Shown in pieces: positions 48,586-56,571 of a stretch of 64,000 nt of DNA; positions within the stretch are counted from its first letter, which is position 1, and each line of letters opens with the position of its first letter. A program made the position numbers and the translations under genes. The notes beneath the pieces are model-generated. The model saw only the letters and a program-made list of their open reading frames with translations, was not told where the DNA came from and made no database searches. The DNA lies in IMG/VR virus record IMGVR_UViG_3300027712_000027; one strand, 5' to 3'. Origin of the DNA: an uncultured virus (IMG/VR IMGVR_UViG_3300027712_000027). Its lineage: Duplodnaviria; Heunggongvirae; Uroviricota; Caudoviricetes.

Positions 48586-49603
48586 TTACTCGCAAAATGG
48601 CTTCATGTCTCGGAATTCGACATATGTGCCATTCTTAAGAGACTTACGCTCAAGAATATCGAGCATATCCATTGCGTCAATATAATCGTCAAACTTGTAA
48701 ATGTTAACAGTTTTACGGTCTTTGATAACCTTGATAATGAAACGCATTTGATTTCTCCTAGTATTCAGCCCAGATAGTACCATTGACCATATAACGAAGG
48801 TATACATGCGACGAACCAAATTCATTTGAATTGTCGTCGTGCCAAAGAGTTTTATAAACTGCATCGCCACGATCATTCGTTCTAAGGTATTCGGCGTCAA
48901 GAATTCCGTCGGAGTTATATCCGTTTGCTTCTAGAATCTCGGCAACTTGGACTTCGTCCAGTTTCGTAAGATTAAGCATCATCATTTCCTCAGTTACGTT
49001 CTGACCAAAAAACCATATTTTCTTTGCTGATGCTCTTGATGACTGGCTTAGAATGAGGCTTCTGGATCTCATCGATAAGAGCTTCAATCCAAGCCAATTC
49101 TCGCTTAAGAACACCAACACGACCCTGCCAGTGACCCGAAGCATAATCATGAGGATTATACCAATCCGGTGCAGCCAATGCCAATTCGGCACGATAAGCA
49201 CCTTCACGCTCATAAAGAGCTAGCAAAACCTTATCCATAGTCATTTCAATTCCTCCGAAGTATCATACCAGTTATCAGTTTCGAGCCGAGAATCAGAGTC
49301 GAAATCGCTACGGTGCTCGCCGTAGAAACCATAATACTCTTCATCGGTCATGAGTTTTTCGCATACAGCCCAAAGATCACCGTCCTGATGAAGATTCCAC
49401 GTATTACCATGAGAGTCGGTATATGCCGCATTATCACATACATCAGACCACGCATCCCAATATTCTTCGCGATGCGGACCGGTCATGATAATCTCGAGAT
49501 TCTCGGGGCGAATGTTAGTCCATTCAGAACTATATTGCTCGGCGAAATGCTGAGGAATATAAACACCGCGATTATCAGACATCAGAAGCTTCATACCAGA
49601 CAT
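48586..49603 (-). other. Run of small early CDSs (48586-~48747, 48758-~48986, 48990-~49244, 49241-49603)
   Basis: Coupled ORFs downstream of the promoter at 49631-49659. Confidence 0.55.
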
Positions 49604-49655
49604 AGTCATCTCCTCTTCAACCATAGACATATTCTACCGTAGTTTTTGATAGAAG

Positions 49656-50117
49656 TCAACATCTTTTTTCAGCTTTTTTGAGGACCAGCTGAATCTCCAT
49701 ATAGAAACGCTGATACTTGGCAATACGCTCGATATCTTTCTCGGTAACACCTTTCAACCTACGGATATCAGTATTATGACGCAGATCGCACAATTTAACC
49801 TTCATGGCATCAGTATTGGCGAATACTTTCGACTGATACTCAAAGTATGTCTCGCCTTTCTGCTTTGTGAGAGCAGCAATGCCATTGATTACACGATCAC
49901 TGATACCAGCTTCACGAAGTTCAGCGTAAGTAACGTCAGTGTCCTCAACAACGTCGTGACCGAGAGCGATGCACTGAAGCTCTTCGTCTTCGCTCTTGAG
50001 GTAGTGCATAACCTTAAGAGGATGGAGAATATACGGAGCGCCGCCACGATCAAACTGTCCAGCATGGGCGTTCGTTGCGATCAGAAGCATTTTCCCGAGC
50101 ATTTCACCACGTTTCAT
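49656..50117 (-). CDS. HD-domain small alarmone hydrolase-like protein (SpoT/Mesh1-type)
   Basis: AHAGQFDRGGAPYILHP..V; ALGHDVVEDT; VKLCDLRHN. Confidence 0.85.
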   Translation of the reverse strand: MKRGEMLGKMLLIATNAHAGQFDRGGAPYILHPLKVMHYLKSEDEELQCIALGHDVVEDTDVTYAELREAGISDRVINGIAALTKQKGETYFEYQSKVFANTDAMKVKLCDLRHNTDIRRLKGVTEKDIERIAKYQRFYMEIQLVLKKAEKRC

Positions 50118-50172
50118 TGTGTTCTCCTTATCGTATTACCATTATACCTCTCTTATGAGAAAAAGTCAATCC

Positions 50173-50930
50173 CTAATGTTGGATACGATCGTTACCATTT
50201 TGGTTACGTTTCTCAAGAAACTCCTCGACTTCCATACAGGCGTCCGTAAGAACATCCAGTAATGATATTTCGTCCGGATCCGTGGCTTCCATATATTGAT
50301 CGATAACTTCAAGTAGAAGTTCATTCAGTTCAATAAGATGGGTCATATTAGTCATCACTTAGTTCCTTTCATCAGTCAATGCCGCATGATCCACTCAAGA
50401 CGATCAATCTCTTCTCGAAGCTCAGCCTTTTCGTCGATTGCCTTACCAAGATCTATTATAAAGGTTGTGCAGCTAGTTTTCAACTCTATAATCTCTTCTC
50501 GCAGTTGTTTAATATCAGCAATAGCATCCATCAAATCATTATCAATGTCTGCATCACCAATATTAATACCAACCAGCTTTTCAAGTCGTTCGATAATATC
50601 CATCACTTACGCCCTTTCATAAACAAAAGCAGAGAAGCTACACCAAACCCAATATAGAAGTTAGTGCCCAGACTCAGCAGAACAGCGCCACCAATAAGCA
50701 GGGCAGTGTTCAGCATAATCGATGCCAGTGCATCACGTTCATTATCAGTCATATCAATCAGCTCCATATCTAGCAACATCACGGCCAATAGTTTGACCAG
50801 CATTCCAACCCTTGAGCCATTCATTATAACCAAATGACTCAGTTACTGGATCAAATGGGTTATCAGTGACAGGCTGACCTTTATGGCCAGCATAGCAACC
50901 ATCATTATATGCCTTTTGAGCGTTTTTCAT
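50173..50930 (-). other. Run of four small early CDSs
   Basis: Coupled ORFs downstream of the promoter at 50958-50986. Confidence 0.55.
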
Positions 50931-50957
50931 TTCGTTTCCCTCTTCAACCATAGACAC

Positions 50958-51082
50958 ATTATACCTCAGTTTTTGATAGAAGTCAACACTAATCGACGAA
51001 ATGTTTGTATCGAAAAAAGATACAATCGTTCCGCAGATTTGCCTAAATCAAGTGTTGACTTTTTTTACGAGACGAGTATAAT
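50958..51082. promoter_or_regulatory. Divergent promoter pair with phased palindromes at the coding-strand switch (cassette 4)
   Basis: Minus promoter 50958-86; GAAAT-GTTT-GTATC at 50998; GATAC-AATC-GTTCC at 51019; plus promoter TTGACT-16-TATAAT at 51055-82. Confidence 0.8.
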
Positions 51083-51108
51083 CAGTACTGTCGCTTTGAA
51101 GGAACAAG

Positions 51109-51228
51109 ATGATGAACAGGAAAATTAATCCTATAGCACGAGATCTCGCCTCTGGGAAATTCAAACAGCGTATCGTCCGGCCGAAAAAAGGTCGTGGTAG
51201 CTATAAGAGAAAGCGTAAAAACGCTTGA
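51109..51228 (+). CDS. ArfA-like alternative ribosome-rescue peptide (39 aa; absent from the ORF track)
   Basis: MMNRKINPIARDLASGKFKQRIVRPKKGRGSYKRKRKNA resembles the ArfA core (F.QR....KKG.GSY.RK); AAGGA ribosome-binding site; own promoter. Confidence 0.7.
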   Translation: MMNRKINPIARDLASGKFKQRIVRPKKGRGSYKRKRKNA

Positions 51229-51277
51229 CTTATTTTGATATCTAAGGTATAATCGTAATATGATAAGGAGAACGAAA

Positions 51278-51457
51278 ATGGTTGAACGATACAAGGTTAC
51301 GTATACGGTAAAGCAAGCCGAAAATGGTGGTTTGCTCACGGATTACAGCAAGAAGTTCAATACTTTTTCAGAAGCTGTTAAGTATATCCGTGCGGTTCGT
51401 TCTGGTCCTCTCTCTTATCAGATGGTCGGTAATCCTATTTTGGAGAATGCACGATGA
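51278..51457 (+). CDS. Hypothetical protein
   Basis: MVERYKVTY...; AAGGAG ribosome-binding site; promoter at 51225-51253. Confidence 0.6.
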   Translation: MVERYKVTYTVKQAENGGLLTDYSKKFNTFSEAVKYIRAVRSGPLSYQMVGNPILENAR

Positions 51458-51714
51458 GAAATATATTAATTGGTCTTATACTGGCAAGTATTTCTGTGCC
51501 GGCTCTTGCCCATGATCGTCGACATTATCATCAACGCCATCACTATAATCATCAACGTAATAATAATGTTGGTGTCGGTGTTGGTTTAGGTATTCTTGGC
51601 TTGGGTATTCTCGGTGCTACAATTTATAACCAGCGCCAGCGTATACCCGATGTATGTATTATAGGATATGATCGGTATAATCGTCCGGTGTATGATCAGG
51701 AATGTTTCGAATAG
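51454..51714 (+). CDS. Small exported/membrane protein, His/Arg-rich with a Gly-zipper
   Basis: Signal peptide ...VPALA; HDRRHYHQRHH; GVGVGLGILGLGILG. Confidence 0.65.
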   Translation: MRNILIGLILASISVPALAHDRRHYHQRHHYNHQRNNNVGVGVGLGILGLGILGATIYNQRQRIPDVCIIGYDRYNRPVYDQECFE

Positions 51715-51720
51715 GAGAAC

Positions 51721-51873
51721 ATGATGGTAAAGATTCTGTTAGCTTTTCTTATGATAGCATTATGTGTGACTGTTGCGTTTTATTCAGAAATTCCTTTTAT
51801 ATCTGCACTTTGGGGATTCTCTGCGGGTATTTGGTTTATGATCACTGGTATTTTGATTGAAAGGAAACTCTAA
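51721..51873 (+). CDS. 50-aa two-helix membrane protein
   Basis: MMVKILLAFLMIALCVTVAF...; AGGAG ribosome-binding site. Confidence 0.55.
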   Translation: MMVKILLAFLMIALCVTVAFYSEIPFISALWGFSAGIWFMITGILIERKL

Positions 51874-52217
51874 TGAATTATCCTAATAGCTGGGTGATTT
51901 TAAAGATTACCGGTCCTGAAACTGAAAATAAAGATCCAACTGTATATGCATACAAGGTTCTTGCTGGTTGGTCAGGTAGCTACCTTAATGGTACTTCATG
52001 GCAGCTTAATAGTGGTATCGTTGATGTAGAAGAGGATAAAGAACATTTCCTTTTCTCGAGTCATTCTGGTTCAGTTTATATCTGCCATAAAGATACTTAT
52101 GGTATTAGTATGGCCACTGCTGAGGTTTGGGATACGTTGCAAACTAGATATCCTGGTCAAGTTGAACTTATGCCGGAGAATACCGACTGGTCGAAACTTA
52201 TTATGGAGAAAGTGTGA
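51873..52217 (+). CDS. Conserved phage hypothetical protein
   Basis: YKVLAGWSGSYL.G.SW.LNSGI...SGS.Y.C. Confidence 0.75.
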   Translation: MNYPNSWVILKITGPETENKDPTVYAYKVLAGWSGSYLNGTSWQLNSGIVDVEEDKEHFLFSSHSGSVYICHKDTYGISMATAEVWDTLQTRYPGQVELMPENTDWSKLIMEKV

Positions 52218-52429
52218 TGGAAAAGTATAAGGCATTGGTGGCTAGATATCTTCCGGCATTTGGTATCTACGAGGGTAAAGAAATGGCGAAGAAAGAGAGG
52301 ATTAACGAACTCATTCTTGAAATTGAATTCCCTAAAGATGACGCTCAAATGAAAATTATTCAGAAACAAATTGCAGATATCACTACCGTTCTAAAGCTTA
52401 TGGCAAAGGATAAGTATGATGTTGATTGA
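52214..52429 (+). CDS. Hypothetical protein
   Basis: 71-aa coupled ORF. Confidence 0.5.
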   Translation: MMEKYKALVARYLPAFGIYEGKEMAKKERINELILEIEFPKDDAQMKIIQKQIADITTVLKLMAKDKYDVD

Positions 52430-52754
52430 AACCAAATATGATGTTGGCCATACGTTCTGGGTTCCTCGTTCACGTAAAGTTTTTGAACAGGAGGAACTCA
52501 ATTATGAAGGCGAAACTTGATATCGCGATATCGAGGTTCTTGAACCATTAGCTAAATTGAAGAAAATCGTCTGTATCGATGTGCATGTTGGTCGGGTTTC
52601 TTCAACTAAATATGGCGTCAAGAATATCGATGATGGTGATAAAATGTTAACTTCTTTCTATCCAGAAGAAAACATTACGAATTATACCGAAGAGGAAGCT
52701 CTTGCAATTGCCAAGGGATATACCGAGGCAGGTAAAACGTACTACGGTAATTGA
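52419..52754 (+). pseudogene. 111-codon gene interrupted by an in-frame TGA at 52518-52520
   Basis: MLIETKYDVGHTFWVPR...EGET*YRDIEVLEPLAKLKKIVCID... reads continuously in one frame. Confidence 0.6.
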
Positions 52755-52758
52755 TCAT

Positions 52759-52832
52759 TGGGGAATAGTATAATGGTAGTACAGCGGACTTTGAATCCGT
52801 GAATCTTGGTTCGAGTCCAGGTTCCCCAGCCA
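52759..52832 (+). tRNA. tRNA-Gln(UUG)
   Basis: TGGGGAA/TTCCCCA acceptor; GCGGA-CTTTGAA-TCCGT anticodon arm; encoded CCA. Confidence 0.95.
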
Positions 52833-52851
52833 AATAACACAGGAGATTAAT

Positions 52852-53043
52852 ATGAATGTTGGTGATATTGTTGAATTGATTGACGAGAGCGTTTATGAAG
52901 GTAGATGGGCAGGTCGTATGACTGTGATTGATGTTTATTCAAGAGACATTATTGAAGGTAATTACGTTAGATGCATTCACCCAAGTATGGGTGTTACTGA
53001 TCTCGAAATTGATGACTTGGTAGTTATGGAAGAGGCCGAGTAA
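52852..53043 (+). CDS. Small SH3-like hypothetical protein
   Basis: MNVGDIVEL...; AGGAG ribosome-binding site. Confidence 0.55.
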   Translation: MNVGDIVELIDESVYEGRWAGRMTVIDVYSRDIIEGNYVRCIHPSMGVTDLEIDDLVVMEEAE

Positions 53044-53316
53044 TTATTTCTCGATATTAGCTTTGGCTTTATCAAGATACTGTTTGATAGCTGCCATTGA
53101 CGATGCACAGGTTAAATTGTTTTGATATAGTTTAACCATTGTTTGTGCTACCTGAATATCAGTTAGTGTTTCTACTTTTGGGAATGATTTTAATGTTGGG
53201 CATTTATACATCGATGCATCCGGAATCACTACCTGATATTTGGTTTGTATAAGATTTGGCTGTACTGAAGCACATCCACCAAGAATTAGTAAAGTAGGAA
53301 TTATTAAGTATTTCAT
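53044..53316 (-). CDS. o-spanin (Rz1-like lipoprotein)
   Basis: Lipobox LGGC, Pro-containing body; overlaps the upstream membrane gene. Confidence 0.7.
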   Translation of the reverse strand: MKYLIIPTLLILGGCASVQPNLIQTKYQVVIPDASMYKCPTLKSFPKVETLTDIQVAQTMVKLYQNNLTCASSMAAIKQYLDKAKANIEK

Positions 53317-53669
53317 TGCGACTCCATTAACTTTTTGACAGTGTTTTTCAATATAATTGAAGAGTTCCTATCTGTTTTCTGCGCCTCTTCAGAAACTAGA
53401 TAAGTTTGAATGTTGGTAATTTTATTTGCTAAAATAGCATTGTCATAATTTATCTGCTGAATAATTTTATCTTTATCAATGGCCAATTGTTTCATTTCTT
53501 CAAGATGTTTTGCTTGTTCTATTAAAGTGATTTGTAACTGCTGTTTATCAAAAGTTAACTTAGCATTAACTTCAATTTCGTGTTTCCACATTAATACGAA
53601 TGTAGAGAATGCTCCTATTATTATAGAAGCAATGACACCATAGATAGTATATTTGTTTAAACCGAACAT
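53313..53669 (-). CDS. i-spanin (Rz-like)
   Basis: N-terminal TM helix plus coiled coil; late promoter TATAAATA at 53692-53699. Confidence 0.7.
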   Translation of the reverse strand: MFGLNKYTIYGVIASIIIGAFSTFVLMWKHEIEVNAKLTFDKQQLQITLIEQAKHLEEMKQLAIDKDKIIQQINYDNAILANKITNIQTYLVSEEAQKTDRNSSIILKNTVKKLMESQ

Positions 53670-53698
53670 CGAAACCTCCATCTTATAAGGTTATTTAT

Positions 53699-54358
53699 AT
53701 GCGTGTATATATCGGACCATACAAAAACTGGATCGGACCTTATCAGATTGCTGATAAAATCTTTTTCTGGGTTGATCATAAAGGATACTGCAGCGACGAA
53801 AAGTATGAACAAAAAATGACTCGCTGGGATTACAAAATGCACAGTCGTTTTGGTGATTGGCTTGCCGAAACTTGGGTATATGATATCTGTGAGTGGATTC
53901 ACTCTAAGAAGAAACGTGAGATTCGAGTTGAAATTGATGAATATGATACGTGGAGTATGGATAATACTCTTGCCTTGATCATTGTTCCTATGCTTAAGCA
54001 GCTTCGCGATACCAAACACGGCTCTCCCTACGTTTATCCTGAAGATTGTCCCCATATCGGTAAAGGTCAAGAGACTGATTTCGGTAATTCCGATGATAAA
54101 GTCCATGATCGTTGGCATTGGGTTCTCAATGAGATGATCTATGCTTTCGAAGCCGAAGCAAATGAAGATTGGGAAAATCAGTATTATTCTGGCGAACATG
54201 ATATTTACTTTGAGAAAAACGACGATGGCAACTCTACTATGAAGCGTGGCCCTAAAGATACATTCAAGGTTGACAGAGAAGCAATGGATAAAGATGCTAA
54301 ACGTCGTGAAAATGGTCGTAGGCTTTTTGCCAAATATTACAGAGGTTTGTGGGATTAA
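53699..54358 (+). CDS. Conserved T4-like hypothetical protein
   Basis: MRVYIGPY; DTWSMD.TLA.II.PMLKQL...KHGSP; W.WVL.EMI.AF; FAKYYRGLWD. Confidence 0.8.
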   Translation: MRVYIGPYKNWIGPYQIADKIFFWVDHKGYCSDEKYEQKMTRWDYKMHSRFGDWLAETWVYDICEWIHSKKKREIRVEIDEYDTWSMDNTLALIIVPMLKQLRDTKHGSPYVYPEDCPHIGKGQETDFGNSDDKVHDRWHWVLNEMIYAFEAEANEDWENQYYSGEHDIYFEKNDDGNSTMKRGPKDTFKVDREAMDKDAKRRENGRRLFAKYYRGLWD

Positions 54359-54591
54359 TGAAAACACCATACATAGTAATTCCAGAACACATCGTTCGCA
54401 ATGCCGCTGAAGTTTTCGCAAAGGAAGTTTTCGCAAAGGAAGAAAACTCAAAAGTTAACACATTTCAAAAGATGCTTCTTGTTGGTGAAGAGTATAAACA
54501 GGCCGGTATGACGCCAATTTATCTTTATAATCCTACCACTGCCGAAGTTTTTGTTCAAACTGAGGAACAATTGAAAAATAAAATGCACTAA
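54358..54591 (+). CDS. Hypothetical protein
   Basis: TAATG coupling to the upstream gene. Confidence 0.55.
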   Translation: MKTPYIVIPEHIVRNAAEVFAKEVFAKEENSKVNTFQKMLLVGEEYKQAGMTPIYLYNPTTAEVFVQTEEQLKNKMH

Positions 54592-54618
54592 CTGTTTGTG
54601 AATTGACTATATAATAAT

Positions 54619-54670
54619 GCATCGCCTAATGGGATGCTATTTCAAACTCGCTTAATAGGAGAAAACTATG
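54619..54670 (+). promoter_or_regulatory. ROSE-like RNA thermometer in the hsp20 leader
   Basis: GCATC/GATGC hairpin, then CTCGCT-TAAT-AGGAG pairing the SD with a bulged G. Confidence 0.6.
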
Positions 54671-55117
54671 ACTGACATTTTTACATTTAATACATCTAAC
54701 ATCGACAAGTATTATGTTGGTGTTGATAAGATCGCAAAGAACCTTGCAAGAGTTCATGCTGCTGCCTGTAAGGCAATTCCCGGATATCCACCATATAATA
54801 TTATGAAGGTCGACGAAAACAAGTACGTCATTGAAATGGCTGTTGCTGGTTTCGCTAAACAGAACCTTGAAATCGAAGTTGCCAATAGTGTACTCACCAT
54901 TAAGGGTGGACTTACTGTTGATGATATGGCACAGGAATCTGTTGCTAATACACAGTACATTTATAAGGGTATTGCCGATCGTGCATTTACACGTAAGATG
55001 CAGTTGGCCGATACTGTTGTGGTCCAAAATGCAGAGCTTATCAATGGAATGCTTAGAGTATTTTTGGAAAACATTATTCCTGAAAGTCAAAAGCCCCAAA
55101 AGGTTAATATCAAGTAA
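54668..55117 (+). CDS. Small heat-shock protein (Hsp20/IbpA family)
   Basis: YPPYNI....NKY.IEMAVAGF; YKGIA.RAFTR..LAD; A.L.NGML. Confidence 0.95.
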   Translation: MTDIFTFNTSNIDKYYVGVDKIAKNLARVHAAACKAIPGYPPYNIMKVDENKYVIEMAVAGFAKQNLEIEVANSVLTIKGGLTVDDMAQESVANTQYIYKGIADRAFTRKMQLADTVVVQNAELINGMLRVFLENIIPESQKPQKVNIK

Positions 55118-55121
55118 TACT

Positions 55122-55146
55122 GAGGGGCGAAAGCCCCTCTTTTCTT
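55122..55146 (+). terminator. Intrinsic terminator
   Basis: GAGGGGC-GAAA-GCCCCTC-TTTTCTTT. Confidence 0.85.
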
Positions 55147-55158
55147 TGGAGAAATACT

Positions 55159-55314
55159 TTGTTTAATATATTCGATAACATCATGCGTTCTATTAGATTT
55201 TATAAAACTGTACATGAACTATCGCTTTTGAACGATAAAGAGCTAGCTGATATTGGTCTTAATCGTTTCGAAATACCTGTTATAGCGCTGAAAGCTAACT
55301 TATTGCCTAAATAA
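55159..55314 (+). CDS. DUF1127 (YjiS-like) small protein (absent from the ORF track)
   Basis: MFNIFDNIMRSIRFYKTVHELSLLNDKELADIGLNRFEIP...; EL..L.D..L.DIG..R.EI signature; GGAG plus TTG start. Confidence 0.8.
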   Translation: MFNIFDNIMRSIRFYKTVHELSLLNDKELADIGLNRFEIPVIALKANLLPK

Positions 55315-55363
55315 TTTGTGAATTTCTTCTATATTATGATTGAATTTAATATAGGAGGGCAAT

Positions 55364-55981
55364 ATGGCTTTGGTAACTTTTAATCAATTAAATAGTTTTT
55401 TCGAAAACACAAATGAAGATATTATTCAGAAATATGTTGATCCTTTAAACGCTGTTTTAGAGTTTTATCAAATCAACAATAAACAAAGAATTTCTATGTT
55501 CCTTGCCCAAGTTGGTCACGAATCCGGTGGTTTGAGAACAATTAAAGAAAATTTAAACTATTCTGCTGATAGATTAAAAGTTGTTTTTCCAAAATATTTT
55601 CGTGGTGTTGATACCAGCGAATATGCTAGAAATCCAGAAAAGATTGCTAATCGTGTATACTCCAGTCGCATGGGTAATGGCGATGAAGCTTCCGGTGATG
55701 GATATCGTTACTGTGGTCGTGGGTTAATTCAGCTTACAGGCAAAAGTAATTATATAGCTTTCGCAGCTGATATGGCAATTTCTCTTGAAGAAGCAACTGT
55801 ATGGTTAAACACCGAAGAAGGTGCAGCTTGGTCTGCTGGTTGGTTTTGGGATTCACGTGAATTAAATCAGTGGGCAGACAAGGGCGATGTTTTAACAGTC
55901 ACAAAGAAAATCAACGGCGGAACTAATGGTTTGGCAGATCGTCAGGCTCATTATGCTGAAGCTTTAGAAATATTTGGGTAA
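55364..55981 (+). CDS. Endolysin, glycoside hydrolase family 19
   Basis: FLAQVGHESGG...ENLNYS; GDGYRYCGRGLIQLTGKSNY; TKKINGGTNGL; late TAAATA at 55308. Confidence 0.9.
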   Translation: MALVTFNQLNSFFENTNEDIIQKYVDPLNAVLEFYQINNKQRISMFLAQVGHESGGLRTIKENLNYSADRLKVVFPKYFRGVDTSEYARNPEKIANRVYSSRMGNGDEASGDGYRYCGRGLIQLTGKSNYIAFAADMAISLEEATVWLNTEEGAAWSAGWFWDSRELNQWADKGDVLTVTKKINGGTNGLADRQAHYAEALEIFG

Positions 55982-55991
55982 TCGTACCGAT

Positions 55992-56486
55992 ATGGCTAAA
56001 TTTGATGTAGCTAACCCAGACGATGATGCATCAGTATTAAAACCAGCAATGGATCAAATACCAGCTGCAACTAAAGGTGCAGCTGTTGCTATTCCTACAA
56101 TGTATAATAGTAATTCTCCTGGATTCTCTATTCCATCTCCATTTTCTACATCGTCTTCCCCGCAGTTATCTCCGGAAGCTCAATTAGCTAAAATAGAATT
56201 AGAAACTAAACAATGGGAAAAAGAATTCGGAAAACAAGAAGAACATTGGATGAAAACATATTGGCGGCCAGGAATGGCTTGGCTTTATATGATTATATGT
56301 TTCGTCGATTTTGTTGTTTTTCCTGTTGTTGCAATGTTTCTTCCTATTATGACTAAACTTCCATATGTTCCATGGCAATCACTGTCGCTATCTAATGGTG
56401 GATTGATTCATATGGCATTTGGTGCTATTCTTGGTATTTCTGCCTATGGTAGAACACAAGAAAAAGTTGCAACTAGACAATACTAA
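55992..56486 (+). CDS. Holin-like membrane protein
   Basis: WRPGMAWLYM..C..DF..FP; GGLIHMAFGAILGISAYGRTQEK; directly follows the endolysin. Confidence 0.7.
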   Translation: MAKFDVANPDDDASVLKPAMDQIPAATKGAAVAIPTMYNSNSPGFSIPSPFSTSSSPQLSPEAQLAKIELETKQWEKEFGKQEEHWMKTYWRPGMAWLYMIICFVDFVVFPVVAMFLPIMTKLPYVPWQSLSLSNGGLIHMAFGAILGISAYGRTQEKVATRQY

Positions 56487-56571
56487 TAACTTGACTTTTC
56501 AGTAGAGCATAGTATAATACATTATTGGCGTTTGTGCGACATTTTGTCCGGAACGCATACAGGAGTATTTC

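Noticed and set aside
40477..51032. Repeats as a possible CRISPR array
   Set aside because: No constant repeat with unique 30-40-bp spacers; the repeats are promoter/operator elements or short tandem repeats; no cas genes
53657..54451. 264-aa minus-strand ORF
   Set aside because: Shadow of the conserved 219-aa plus-strand gene
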